Source: Botryllus schlosseri (lineage: Eukaryota). From it: DNA of 64,000 bases. A program made the position numbers and the translations under genes. The DNA lies in NCBI GenBank assembly GCA_051294905.1, contig CM119371.1, positions 39,062,001-39,126,000 of the forward strand. The letters are read 5' to 3'. Below the pieces are notes generated by a model. The model was not told the origin of the DNA. It saw nothing but the letters and a program-made list of their open reading frames with translations, and ran no database searches. Of this stretch, positions 13,617 through 27,703 are shown piece by piece; position 1 is the stretch's first letter; each line of letters starts with the position of its first letter.

Positions 13617-13915
13617 ATCGTATGCATCAAGTGTAATGATGAAATTACACGTCGAAAAATGGGGTCAGGGATGTTCCTAATAAGTTACGTTGAACGCCCT
13701 ATTACGGCCCAAGACCGGTGTTTTTTTTATAGAGGGTGGCAACATGTTACGACCAGGCTCCATTTCAAGCAAATACACTGTTGTATAGGGCCGAAAACCA
13801 AGCCATGTATATGTAAAGACTCAATCGACTATAAGGACCGCACTGTACGGCGGTGTATAATTTGTCACTGGAGTCAAACTGTCGCCAAGAGTGAAGGCAT
13901 GAATTCGTGACTTAC

Positions 13916-14044
13916 CCTTCCGTGAACCACTGTAATTTTGGTGAAGACGAACGGCTTCCAGACCGATATGAGGCGAAGAATCGCGAAGCTCAGGATGTGC
14001 ATAGCGGTCACGTACGACGTACAGATGTCGGCTCCCCAGTAGAA
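13916..14044 (-). CDS. GPCR gene 2 exon 4 (TM3, FYWGADICTSYVTAMHILSFAILRLISVWKP)
   Basis: TAG / GTAAG sites, 129 nt phase 0-0; TM3 end with R3.50 in LRL context and ICL2 Pro. Confidence 0.9.
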
Positions 14045-14834
14045 CTATAAAGAGTGGAAACTTTGTTGACGAGGATACTCTCTCGGAGGTACAGAACTTC
14101 AGTATACAATGGAATTGGAGTCGACTCTTATCAAAATCCACCAACCTAGTTTGCGGCAAAAAAGGACTTCTCATAACATATAAAATGTTTACAAATACCC
14201 ATTTGTTCACCTAGAATACTTGAATTTCATGCTGGCAACATAATATTTAGTGCTACGATTGTTGTTATATCATATTCGTTTGAATTCTCCACTTTGCTGA
14301 CGATCATCCCTGACGAATGTCAACCGAAAATATTCGGGTTCATTTTATTATGAATATTATTCATGAATTGTCATTGTTTCGAGATATTTATTCGGCTGAC
14401 TACATGTATACATGTGTGGCGATACTAGCTGTCCGATACTTGAGCATACCATACAATGGAGAACAGCTGTGGAGTATGCGATACTATAACCCCCAAATCT
14501 CCACTCTCAAATTATCGCTTACACTAGCCCTAACGAATCTCTAAGCCCACATCCCGCATCCACGTGCTCAAGCGTGGCATACCGGTCATATAATGTTCCC
14601 GGTAGCATGACGTCACGTTTCAATTTGACGATATAAACATGCTGACATACGCTGACAAAACATTGATCAAATGATTAAATATCGTGATTTGGAACTGACA
14701 ATCTTGTATAATGTCTAATCGGTTGCTCGATAATTGAGCATATGAAACAATTATCAACAACATTTTAGAATGTGACACTTGATAATGTGACATTATAATC
14801 TCGAAACCCAAACCCCAAAATTAACACCCTAACC

Positions 14835-15354
14835 CTGGGGCGGGCAACTTCTTCAGTCGGCGGGCCGGATATAGAAAAATTAGGTACTTGGCGAGCCAGA
14901 GTCATTAATCGATACATTATTGGCCCATTTATCCACATTTACAAGGAATAAATCGTATTTAATAAATGTATTTTACCGGCACCAACGTCACTTCCAAGCC
15001 ATTTCACGCTGATATTGACGAGGGCCGTGTAGATTTGAGAACTGCATTGTCATACGGGCGCCGCCATGTCTGATTCTCTCTGATCAATCAACGTACGGTG
15101 CAATCCTTAATTATGATTTCAAGGCGTTCGATAAGCCCGGTACCCCAAATCTCCAAGATACCAATTCACTAGGGTTGAGTACACCGTAAATGCCGATATT
15201 GCAAGTCTTCTCGCTTCGCCGAACTTACGCGTAAGCTTCACTCTCGCACCCTGCGCCACATTGTCATGTAAGACCGACCGGAAACTGTTCACGGGCCGGA
15301 AAAATCCCGTCGCGGGTCGGATCCGGCCCGCAGGCCGCATGTTGCCCGTCCCTG
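14835..15354. mobile_element. Buster/Charlie-type hAT MITE
   Basis: GGGGCGGGCAAC / GTTGCCCGTCCCTG ends, GCGGGCCG motifs, TSD ccctaacc. Confidence 0.85.
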
Positions 15355-15587
15355 CCCTAACCCATCCACGTACTCAAGTGTCGCTAGATATTTTGTCGCA
15401 TGCTCGTATGGCCACCGACCATCCAATCTAGAAGGCTGTACATCGCTGGGCTTTCATCAAGCCTCCCGTCTATACCTGTATATCGTATTTCAGCCGACTG
15501 CACTCATGTTATGTATGTTTTCATTTACAACGAACCCATGACAGACAAATATTCTATCTCACTTGAGACTCTTCGTTTGTCACTCAC

Positions 15588-15717
15588 CCAACAAAAGAAA
15601 TTGGGCGGTGCGAAGTCGTCGAAGCCCCACGTCCTCCTGTACAGATTCACCCAACTGATGCACGCTGAGATGAGGTCGGAGAAACACAGACTTAGAATGA
15701 ATTGGTTGAAAATGTTT
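15588..15717 (-). CDS. GPCR gene 2 exon 3 (TM2 LSLCFSDL + ECL1 ...FFCW)
   Basis: LxxxD TM2 motif; CAG / GTGAGT sites; phases join. Confidence 0.92.
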
Positions 15718-16815
15718 CTGTAAAAAGAGATCACTAGGATTGCATCTTAGAAACGGCTATCGAAGATACAATAATACAGGGTGTCAGAGGTGGTCATAAC
15801 GACACTATTTCTACTTTTTCGGAATAATTGAGCAGGTTTTTCCAGCGTGTGTTGGCTATACTTAAGAGGCTATATGTTTTTAGATTACTATAACTTTTAC
15901 TTGAACACTTTTGAGGCGCAACTACTAGTTATTAACGATTTGGAAATTTTCATAAGAAACGAGTGAAATAGCCCTGTATGAAGGTAAATGAATATATTTT
16001 CTAAAAGGGTACACATTTTTAGTGTCATTATAGTTCTTTTGTAATCTCCCTGTTAATAGTAACGAGAAATTTAGATATGGAAACGTTTGCCAGTACAATA
16101 GAGACTATTAAATAATAAAAAAATCGCGTTTCTTTCTGAAGAAACCAGATATTCAACATGAATTTTATGGTTTTAAACGGGATATCCCCTTGCAGAAACT
16201 TCAATAGAACCACGTATGACACTCTACACATCAAAACGTCAGGCGCAAATACTGCATTAAATTGTAGATTCCAATACTTTCTTTGGAGTTGCATACATTA
16301 GTCGTATCCCGACTCAGTATCGATTTAGATTTTTGAGAGTTTACAGGTCCGCAAAAATATGTCTCGAAATTTTATCGGTCCCGAGCTAAAGAAATTGATG
16401 ATCCCTCAACATTGATTAGCGTCGTAGGCCCGCAACGCATCAATCTTTAAATACGCGCCGTCACCGACACGGCACACTAGGAATCCAATTCTGGTCTCAC
16501 CTACGGGTCTATCCTATGAAATATTAATTGCGGTGGTGTGATTGTAACGTTTTATCCGTGAAAGCATAAGATTTACTACACGTCTTAAAACCGCAAATGC
16601 ACTGAAACGACTTGGCGGAATCTACGATTTAGGATTGGAACGCACAGCACGTAAATAAAATCAATGCCACGTGTATATTAGGTAAGAAAATGCATAGATT
16701 CCAGAGATGGTCAGTAATGTAGTAGGCTTACTTTTTCTGCGATTGCAGACTAATTCCACTTCCACTTCTACCTTGACGGTTTTTTGTTTATTGGCAAAAC
16801 TGCCGCTACCATCCC

Positions 16816-19365
16816 CCGGGTTGTTATGAATCGACTTGACTAGAGTAATTTGTTCAAACGCATAAATTTTAGTGGTGACTCGACTTGTACTCGAGTATTG
16901 TGCATGACTCGAACTATGTCATATGATTCGAGAGTAAGACGGCCAAGACATACGTTTCATCGTATCTTCGAAGGATAGTCAAGTTATCCCATTATTGGTA
17001 TTTCGTCTATCAGTCCTGATACTTGGAAACAGGGCCAGAATCTGTCAAGACTGAGGAAAATTACTATATTAGGAATGCGAGCCATTTTATGACACTGGAG
17101 CATAGTTGAAAAAAGTGAGTTGAACCTAATTGAACTGAAAACGGAACAGTGAACATAATGCCGTGGACTCGGACTCGACTCGAGCCAATACACCAGACAT
17201 GGGGTGATTACTTCATGAATGTAATCGATTGCGATTACGATTACTTCGGAATCACGCGATTACGATTACGATTACGATTACAGCAAAATCAGGAAGTAGT
17301 CGATTACGATTACGATTACATTGGAAAAGTAATCACGATTACTCACGATTACATTTATTTTGCATCTCAGTAGTTATATTGGAAGACAATACATGGATTG
17401 CGCTGAAAATGCCTAATGAGATAACATATTTCTTTAAAACAGATGCGATATTTGCTTGTTACGTCATAATGTACATATTGCTCATTTTATAAAGGACGAT
17501 TTATCGCACCCAATGATTTGCATTCTTGCCAGGTCCATAACTGCTGCACCCCAAATTCCCCAATAGGGTGGGGAGCGTGCTCGGAGGGGACTCAAAAGTA
17601 TTTCGTGAACCAACATAAATTATAGAGTATTCTCGACAGAATTCATTAACTTGAAAATTCTCTTTGAGCTTTGCCATTTAAATGTCTCTAGATAGCTTGA
17701 TTTCGAAATGCAAACGTCTCCCCTCAAGAAATAAAATATTCATAACTCATAGTAATAGGCATTTTGGTGCCAGTCAATACCGCGCCCCGACACACCAAAA
17801 GACATATGCAGTTTCGGCCAACATGCGACTCTACGAAGTGTGCTATCAAAGAAATAAGACGTTGGCCGAAATTTGAGGTATGTGTCCATTGTCAATAGCC
17901 GCGCTGGGTGGGCGTGACTGACAGTCCGGTCCTTCCAATCTGAGCCCACGATGCAAATGCCACGCAGGCACCCACAGAGCATTAGACATGACAATTTGTG
18001 TGTTTGCGTCACACGAAAGTTTTTCTTTTAGTCTGCTAAGTTTGGGGCACTACAATATCTTTTGACTATATAACAGACCAGAGGTCACGAATTAACAACA
18101 TGCACTACAGCATGGCCTACTAAAAAGACTACAGTAATTATTGCAATATACTAGATGTTATAATTATGGATTACGCGCCCCCTGCTCTTCAGGTAAGTCT
18201 GACCATCGGGGGCTGAGATAGGAATAATATTGCAATATAATGCAATTAACAATGTTATTGACGAAATTAAATCTTCAAGTTAAAAATTGACTACCCTATG
18301 GGGGCCCAAGACCAACGTTTAGAGTGGAGGACGATTTTGCTGTTTTGATCCTGATTCTATCTACAACCCACGCTAACATGGTATATAAGCCGATGGCTAT
18401 GGCGGCAGGTCCAAATCTTCAGTAAAGAATTGTGAAATAGCAATTGACGCCCGTTTTGAGTAGAATAATATGAGAATAAGAGAAGGTGAAAATAAAATTC
18501 TGCCTTCAACTTAATACAGATAATGTAATGCAAGCTGCCACTACGAGAAACGGCAAAAAAACGGCGTGGTTATGATGTATATCAGCAGCTGTTGATTTTT
18601 AATGCTTCGTTGTGGAAACCGTAATATTTTATTTGACGATTACAAAATTTCAAACCTTTGTCTGGTGTACGTTCGTACCAGCACATAGGCCTACTGCTCG
18701 CCAAGCAGCAACGGTCAAATTGCGTTTAACTAAGCATAACCAAACATCAATACAAAAGTTGCTGTTCTAAACTAGGCAGAGAGGTGATAAATTATCCTGC
18801 AGCGAGGTAGCGGCGTCTGAAATGTATTGATGACCCGATATACTGAACGGTGGGTGTTTTACAATCACACTAATGTACATCGAATATCTATTCGCTATAA
18901 GTGTGGAATGTGGATAATTCTTACGCAAAGACGAGCAAAGCTAATAGGCTACTTCTGACGTAATAATGAGCAATGGCATTTGAAAATCAGACGTTTGTGA
19001 CTCAATAACTGGTATAATATCTCTTGCTTGTTAACGAATGGTCAGGTTATGTCACAGTCGTCGTACAAATAAAAAGTAATCGTTCTTTCACAAAGAAATC
19101 GATTAAATATGCGAAGTAGTCGATTACGATTACGATTACTTCGGAATTTTTTCGAATGTAATCGATTGCGATTACGATTACTTGAAAATGCTGTAATCGT
19201 CGTAATCGATTACGATTACTAATCGCGATTACCCCATGTCTGCAATACACTGTGACTCGGACTTGACTCGGTGGTGAATGGAGAATGACTCATATTGCCT
19301 CGAGTCAAAACTATAGAAGTGAGATTGACTTGTGACTCGCAACCTTGTGACTTGATTACAATAAT
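16816..19365. mobile_element. GACTC hAT MITE hosting nested elements (ends approximate)
   Basis: Colinear with 10018-10557 on both sides of the insertion. Confidence 0.7.
17194..19242. mobile_element. GATTAC-repeat hAT element (nested)
   Basis: TIR CAGACATGGGGT, perfect TSD caatacac. Confidence 0.9.
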
Positions 19366-19497
19366 GTCAATAATTTACTTATGTGGAAATCGCCACTTTT
19401 ATTTGCGCTCAGGTGCAAATTTACGACGTTGGTTCTAGTTGACCACCTCTGTTGAATCATTATTCAATATTTAATCAATAATAAGTATTCATAATTA

Positions 19498-20851
19498 CAC
19501 TGGTCAACACATATTTTTAGGCAGACAAAGTAAGAGGGGTTTTGGGGTTCTGATGGGCACTGATTCCGAATATGACCTTAGTTTTTTGAAATTGGCTCTT
19601 GTTGTGGAAATAACCAATGGGGCTATTTTGACCAAAATCTCCCATATTCGCTGTAATGACTAGATATAAAATCGGCTAAGTCGTTCTACAGCACTATATT
19701 TAGGGGTATTCGATTTATCATAGTTACAGACTTTCACGAATATCATGTACATAAATAAACTCCAGTCATGTATAAAAGTATTTACCTGGATACTCAAATA
19801 ACGTGGCATTAATTCAATCAGTTTTACGTCACACCCTATTGTATATTTGAAATATTCAGTTGGGATATAATATTATTAATTAATTTAAAGCAGAAATGTG
19901 TTTTTTACGATTTTCGCCTGTAAGCTATTTAGTGCAATTTCTCGAAAGGTTCCGGCAATGGTCAGCCATAATATGTTCAATTGTTCACCTCATCTGCCCT
20001 GATATCTTTCTGTTGTTTTTCTCGTGTCTTGGTAGAAACTCTCCCCTTGCTAATCAACAAGATGATCAGGAAATATATCAAGATGACTTTACAAGAAGTG
20101 AACTTTTATGCTCATGTTTCTGCTCAAGTTTTGGATATGCAGATACGAATTTTCGGACCAACTGTTCGTAGTTGGGCGATTTGTGATAATCTAAAAAGTT
20201 TTATTTACTACATCTGAGGAGAAATTACATGCAGTCAACTCCTTCCTAATGTGAAATTGTAATCTTTCATCGGTATTCGGATATACCAGAAACCATATTT
20301 AATCTTCTCGTTTGATAGGGTTAGTAGGTATACCCTCTTTTCTGACTCAGCTCAAAATTATCCATTTACCAGTCAAAAGAAATGAGACGCTTATGAGTAT
20401 TGTAGTTAAGCTTTTCAAGGACAAATTTTAGAGTTTTATACTCCTCTTTAATCTTGGTAGAATGTCCAATTGATACAGAAGAATAATAATTTCCGTTGTG
20501 CAAAAGTACAATTTTTAGGCTTATCAAATTGCTTTTTTGACAAACAAATATTTCGCATCATGTCATGTTAATATGGATGGAATGACTGAGAACGACATGA
20601 GGGTTCTTCATATCAATTTTCTGTTTATGTGCGGTATAAAATTAGAAAAAAAATACGATTTTCTTCCGACTAAGTGAAATATTTAAGGTTAAATACAGTA
20701 GTTTGGAGCTTTTTAGGGGTATCAATATCTTCTGACAAAGAGCTTATCTGACAAAACTAATGTGATATTCATATTCAGCAACCTCCAAAACCACAGAAAC
20801 GGCTCTCAGATGTCCTGCCTATTTTTTTTTTCTTCATTTTGTTGATAAGCG
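19498..20851 (-). mobile_element. Chapaev3 (CMC) DNA transposon with transposase remnant
   Basis: CACTGGTCAAC left end with degenerate right TIR, TTA TSD; NMSIKVHFL*SHLDIFP...RYQG...MADHC relic at ~19940-20220. Confidence 0.85.
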
Positions 20852-20921
20852 TTATTGATCAGAGATCATCCAATAATATAATCAGTTGTATTTCCGACAG
20901 CGTTTTCGAAATAACACCCAC

Positions 20922-21083
20922 CCGAGCTTGCTGGATGTCAAAATTACGCATATCGTCAATAGATTGCCGAAAAATCCTATGACCATGAATGAAATCAAGA
21001 TTCCAGCCACAACGGTAGCAGTGATGTCATCGAACGGACGTCTAAAAGGCAGTGTGGTTTTGTTGGAAGCAGCATTTTCCAAC
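20922..21083 (-). CDS. GPCR gene 2 exon 2 (N-terminus + TM1, GFFGNLLTICVI)
   Basis: CAG acceptor and GT donor; GN motif of TM1; NKT sequon; 162 nt like the paralog exon. Confidence 0.92.
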
Positions 21084-21240
21084 CTGTAGTTATAAATAAG
21101 CGATGAGCATTATACTAAACCACAAACAAAAGTATATATCTTATGCAGGCCTATGTATTATGGGTTACGTAACAACTAGATTATTCAGATCTATGCGCGG
21201 TTTACACTAAAAGTCCTTAGACACAAACTTTTGCAGTATA

Positions 21241-24200
21241 CCCAGCAAACATCCGATCTCCCACGGACTCACGGGTACGTCCACAATTGTGCCCAATCGT
21301 CCCACGTCCCACATTTAGTGCCTTAGGACTTGCTCAGTAAGTCACAAATTGACGTCCAATTATGTAACTCCAAGTGACCCCCAGAGGAAGTAACTTTTAG
21401 AGTGCTCCTATGCCAGTCACCAATGACCATTCCAGTGGGTGTCATAATAGTGTGATGGCTGGATGCCACCTACACAGGAGTTGATTTGGATGTCCCTACT
21501 GGGAAATCTTTTCTATGAACTCAAATGTGCATTATTCCGCAGTCAATGCTAAATAAGTTGTGTGAATACACTCGTGATACATGTGAAATCTAGTGGAGTG
21601 AAGCCGTGAATGTTGATATGGTGATGACTTTCCCATCGCGTGGCACTTCACAATCCCGGCTGTCGATCATTGCGGTCGCACAGTGCTAAAGAGGCTCAAT
21701 ATAATGTGCGATACAGAGACACAGCAGCTTATTTTATTGTGACATTACTGGGTCGAAAATGCCCACATCAGGGACAAATACTCGTAATGCATGTGAAATC
21801 TTCCGACATCAGAACTTGATAATCGTCATGATGGGATTGTGATGACTATCCCAACCACGGAACAACGCAGTATGCAATCCTCTCCTCTATTCCGATAATG
21901 GAGTCGAGCACGCCTGTTGCTTGAAATTCATTCAACCATAAAACTAGAAACCTGCCTTCTTCTATTTGGCGAGCATCGCGCATGCGCGTGTAATTCAGTT
22001 TGATCAGCGTATGTAGCAATGGCGGAGGGACGAATTTATCACAGTAATGGTTTAGTTCATAATTGGAAACGTTAACAGCGTGGATTGTGAGATGTCTCTA
22101 TCATGAGTACCGGAAGGGCAGGAAGCTTGGTATTTGAGTGCTATATTTATTAAACAGCAACAGTCTCGATCATCATGAACTGCTGATGCGATATAATGAA
22201 TTCGACTGATTATAGTGACACGGCTGTAATTCACCTACAGACGAAATTGATAGACCCGCTGCTAATCGGTAACTCATGCAAGCCTATAATTATTGTAGTA
22301 CATTTAATACTATATGATAATGTATTGATCATAGAAGTCTGATTTATTGTGCTCTGTTGTATAATGTCTCACAAGCAATAACTTGACATTTTATGTGCAT
22401 CCTGTGAAAAGTTTTACAAGGATTTCCTAGGACAGCAGGATCCAATCAGCAAACCAGATGCCGCATAAAGTAATGTACCGGTATTTTATAACATATCGGT
22501 ATATACTGAATTTTGAAATGTTATGTAGGCTAATAGAAATGTGGAATGTTCCCTTTATGCAATGTGAGATTGCTGAATTTGTGGATGCATGAAGATTGTA
22601 GCATAACATTAACATCCATTTTTGTGTCCACAACAGTATATAACCATCAATAATAGCGGTAATCAAATAATTTACGCCTTTAGTGAGCATGTACGAATTT
22701 ATGGCCATATTTGTTTATATTTAGGGTATTTTAGGAAAAACTTTATAATAGTTTGTTAACCCATCTTTAACCTCGCTCTAATCAAAGGATACTCCAACAC
22801 TAAACCAATTATAAACTCTATAAACTTGAAATGTTCATGGCCTGGTGCGGACAGGTTGTTAGCAATGTTACCGCAATGTTGGCACGGCCTCCGTGCATAC
22901 TTTTAATGCTTGATTATAACTTTCAATATTAGTATATAACACGGAAACATTGCCTGCATTGCAGCAGTATTAACAAAGTAGGCTATGGATGGGCCCTAAG
23001 GAAGACTGATTGCTCCTGGTCATCTTGCCGTCGATAAGAAAACAACCTTATTATCAATGGATTCTTACTATATGGATGGGACATATCTGTTTTTGTGTAT
23101 ACAAAGTTCCTTCATTTCTACCAGGAGACTAGATATTGAACAGGCAATGCTATGTAGTTCTAAACTTCAGAGGAAGGCGCCGCAGTGGTGCATTGTTCAT
23201 GGATCAAGATGTTGAATTATGTAAGTTGAAGTTACAAACTATATATGGTCTTGGTTGCTTTCACACCTTATTTAACGTCCACTTGCAAAGTAATAATTAT
23301 ATTTATTACACGAGCTTTCGGAGCGCCGCTCCTTCATCAGGTGTTAAAGTGAAAGTATATATGATGATTTATAATTGTTCAATAATTAGCAATTTATTAC
23401 TCTGAAAAAATTGCCATCGATGATGCGGAAATATACTATTGACGGTGCTTCGCAATCGGGCTGCTCAAACGTGCTGGGTGAAACTATAATTTTATTATCA
23501 ACTGCATTCTTATAGTGGCAAAGAGCGTGTAATTTCAGTAGGCTGTCTTGAAAATAGTCACATACTTGGCTGGAATCATAAGAATTGACACTCGTTCGAG
23601 ATTTGAGTAACCATACCAATGTGCTCAGCCCTACTGATGAGTCATTATAGTGAATAGAATGTGGAAATAGTCCAGCTTGAACTTCATTGTCTTTGTTGTT
23701 TTTTTACAGGATATTCTAGATTCCTGGCTTGACTTCTTGACATATGGCTTCACTACAATCATTATAACAATTTTGATTATTTAGATCGGCAATGTCTTCA
23801 ATTGATAGTGTTCAACAACGTCAAGAACACTGTACAAAGAATGTCTTGTTGACTGGGATCGAAAACGTCTGGAAGAACTACTGCCACATGGAACAAGCAT
23901 TGCTGCAAAATCGGTGCTGCGTTATCCTCAGGAAAAAGTCGAAAAACATTGAAGGTATAAAAAATTGAATACACTTCATGGAAACCAGAGGTTGTGAAAG
24001 TAATTGTCTTTTGAACTGAAGTTGATGTAATGTTATGGATCTATGCACAGTGCACACCTAGAGGTAACAACTTTAAAGTTGCGTCAAATCTACTCGAAAT
24101 GGAAGTAGACAATGCAGTTCTGAAAAATGCACAAATAATAAGTTTTAAAAAGTAAATTTGGTTGAGGTGTTGCTTAGGCGTTCTTAGCGTTTAATCATAG

Positions 24201-26343
24201 TTGGTGGTCAAAGTAATTATTGTTTGCACTGGAGTTGAAATAGTTGCAACGCCTTGAATTTCTACTGCTGTACAATTACCCATTTACCAGGCTTGTAAAA
24301 ATCACTTCAAAATGAAGTAAAAAGTTGTGCTCTATTCTATCCCAGGGGTTTTTAACCAGGGCCCGTAGACCTATTCGTGGTACATCAGAGGGTACGATAC
24401 GCATCATGGAATTAGACCTATATGCTGTTGTCCTCGTGTTATGCGCAATTTTATATGAATTGACTATCTGATTTTAATATAGGTACCATCAGAAATTGTG
24501 TTGAAAATAAATTGTGGGCTACTAGAAATCTTATAGGTAGCATGAACCATGAAGGGTGCGATCGCTAAGGGTAAGAAACAATGCTATTACTATGGCTAAA
24601 GCTGTTATTGATATGTTCCAATAATAATCGAAGGCAGCATCTAATTCTGATTTAATTTGACTTCGGTAATGATAGTAGCAACAGCCTACTTATCACGACT
24701 ATATCAAAACCAGGATTAGGCTACACCGCTCAAATGCTCTGATACCAGATCAATTTTCAGTAGATTTTAAAATACTCTACATAAAACTGCGACACGTCAA
24801 AGGTCCACCAACTGCAATATTATAACCCAGAGTTTGACGATGTCATGATACATCCTATTGCATTATCTCTATAACTCATTATTTTAACAGATTGTGCCCA
24901 CTGCCCAGCACAAAAATAATTTTATTGAAATATTCAAAAATGTGATTTTCGTGTCAAACGTGAATGATACAATAGTAAATTACATTCATACAGGAATAGC
25001 GATTTACAAGACATCAAACTACTTCCAAGTGTCGACATGGTCAAAATATGGAGACTTGTGGAATGTCGTAGTTGTATGCTTTTAAACAGAGATAGGGAAA
25101 GTAATCATTTTCAGCACTCAATTAGAAATATTTGTAGCGTCAGGAGTCTAGTAGAAGTAAGAGTAACGCAATGTATTTCTACTCAGGTTCAGGCACTCAA
25201 GCAGTGATATACACGGCTTGTCAAAACTATTTTAGGTAAAGTAGAAGGCCTGGAAAGTACTGAAGTATGTATTTGAGGTGTTTCCACAATTTAATTTGAT
25301 AGACGGGTTGCATACTCCGTATCACAACGTCAGAAGCTCACTGCACTCAAGTACACATGCTAGTATCATCATACATTATCACTCAGCACAAGTAGAAGTA
25401 GCGGATCACAAGACATATCACAATTAATGCATGAGGAAATAGAAATTGAAGCTCTGACGCAAATTTCATGTGCTATGTCAGCAGAGTGGCTCTACAAATG
25501 ATTTGCTGACATTGTTGTATATGTTTCAGGCAAAACAAAGACCAAGAAGAAAACTGTTGTTGCAACCAAGTTTGTTGCGAATACGCGCTCTTAACATGAT
25601 GCGGTGCAAATGATGCATCGTTTTATAGTTTGCAATGTAAATTATTACTTATGATTGCTCCATGCTTTTCCCTGGTTTAGTTGTACTAGCTTTTGTACTT
25701 TTTCAAACTCATGTGACACGTTTCTTTCTAATTTCTCGTATGCACTTCAATTGAAATGTTTGTTATGTTAATTTAAAATTGACTTAGTACTTGCTGTTAT
25801 ATTCAAAATCCCACTGACAAATTCAATTCATTTCATAGTGTGTTTTTACTTTCCTGATCGATTTTTCATGTAAGCCTGAACTTTGTTAACTAGAATAGTT
25901 CATTAGTTAATGTTGTACTTGTAATTTGCGATTGTCGTTTTCCAGTAAGGCAATATAAACAGTTTGTTAGCTTATATGATGTTGAATTCCATGTAGTTGC
26001 ACCAGGTATGGAGGACGTGGAAGAGGTCATCACGGAGATGATGAAGCGGTCTCCACAGGGAGTCCTGATATGGTAATCATGAGGACTAGAGCAGGGGGCA
26101 AATGACACATCCGTAGGAAGTCACGTCACGTCCACAGTAGGTCTGACGCATCCATATGGAGCCACGCCACGTACACAGTAGATCCGTATGGAGTCGCTTC
26201 ACGTCCACAGTAGGTCATTTTAGACCAACTCAGGAAGTGAACAGGACGCTTCTAGTAGTCGACAAATCCACTCCAGGGAAGTAACACTGGGCGTCCTGCG
26301 GCTATTCCGCAGGAAGTCAACTGGAAATCGAGTGTTTGCTGGG
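21241..26343. mobile_element. 5.1-kb EnSpm/CMC-like non-autonomous element in GPCR intron 1
   Basis: TIR CCCAGCAAACA...TGTTTGCTGGG, TA flanks, repeated subterminal GTCC(C)AC/GACGTC motifs; no intact ORF; superfamily assignment from termini only. Confidence 0.7.
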
Positions 26344-26533
26344 TAACGAAATATGTTAATCAAGCTATGAAGCCAGTGACAATGGTGACTTAGCAATATT
26401 CATCCCGAATATTCCCGTGAAAGTAGGGATCATAATAACAGTAAATCATGAATAACAAACAATTTGGAGAGCTAAGATCAACAATTCGACATGCTACAAA
26501 GCAGCTTAACCTACGATAAATACTGAAACTTAC

Positions 26534-26571
26534 GTTGATAATAGCATCCGCGTTGCGAACGTGGTCGCCAT
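26534..26571 (-). CDS. Class A GPCR (gene 2) exon 1, MATTFATRMLLS(T)
   Basis: ATG at 26571, GTAAGT donor, phase 2 matching exon 2; same 38-nt length as exon 1 of the paralog (3057-3094). Confidence 0.8.
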
Positions 26572-26768
26572 TGTGAAAAGCCTTAAAAATATATGCAACA
26601 CCACGCTATGGCTGTAATAAGAATGTGTGTATTAAACAGAGCGGGAAATGGCATCGTTCCAAGTCCGTGTCAACTAACCAAAGTCAAGTCGATTGAGACG
26701 GAGACATCGAGCTGGTGATTCGCACAATTTTTATAGCCGTAGATGGTTAATAGAACTTAACACTGATG

Positions 26769-27092
26769 CTATACCACCGCAACGTAAAACATTTCTGAAA
26801 CTACTGCTACAGTCGTTAGATCCGGAATCATAAGAAAAGAATATCGCCCACGAGTAAAAGGACCATAGTAATCCCCATGAACCATCAACCCAATGAATAC
26901 CACAAACAACAACAATGCACCATATAAATAAAACAGTGCACCAGATAAATAATAATCATGTGAACGAATGAGATAACGGTAGAAATACCCATAATATTGT
27001 ATTACAATTGGAACGAAAGTACAAATTTCGTAAAGATTTTTATCAACTTTTTTATCTGGGATTTCTCCTCTTCTTCCATTTTCAACTACCAA
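26769..27092 (-). pseudogene. XK-related N-terminal relic
   Basis: HDYYLSGALFYLYG matches HDPWILGYLFKLIG of ORF 50303; IPDLTTVAVVSEM vs LPEIVVNLKILEI. Confidence 0.5.
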
Positions 27093-27703
27093 TATTTGAT
27101 TCTCAATATAAGCTATTCCTGTCTCAATTTACTTCTCTACTCGCAGATTCGATTTTCGCTGATAAATTTCAGTACTTGGCCATCATAAGGATCCCACCCA
27201 CGGACAAGAACATAGTCACTATATTCTGAGGTCGAGTTTATCCCGAAGGCATTCGGAGTACTTTTCTTCTCTCCAGAGTCTACTGAAGAATTCAGACGAA
27301 TTCCATAGCCTGTGGAAGGTTATTTGACCTCTTCTACTATTTGACTACACGTCTGTTGACTCAAAAACTGATTTCCATAGTCGTCTAATGCATTTACAAG
27401 TCACAGATCTGTACCGGAACGTCTACTATCACCATTTATTTTATTTCAAGTAACCGCGTTGTTACAATATCCTTAATACATTGCGTTCCAGTCATATTGT
27501 CATGATTCATGTGATTTACTGTTGATTATTTCAGTCATGAGTGTAATCTTATGAATCATATCAAGAGTACTCCGAATCGAGTCTGCTACTCCGCGAATAT
27601 CGTATGCAGACAGTGGCGTTTACTTCACGGGAGAAGACGCAATCAAATACTACTATCGACAAGACGGTTGATTGCAATGCCATAATATCCAATATATCAC
27701 CCG

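Noticed and set aside
13821..14210. 129-aa track ORF
   Set aside because: Wrong frame across GPCR exon 4 and runs into a repeat
14480..14835. CCCTAA telomere-like motifs
   Set aside because: Isolated degenerate units, not an array; probably a repeat relic
17229..17350. GATTAC and GACTC arrays resembling CRISPR repeats or low-complexity ORFs
   Set aside because: They are subterminal repeats of hAT elements with TIRs and TSDs; no spacers; eukaryotic context
27093..27380. Anoctamin-like DYVLV motif upstream of ORF 26769
   Set aside because: Single short motif among stops; the adjacent ORF fits the XK-like family better
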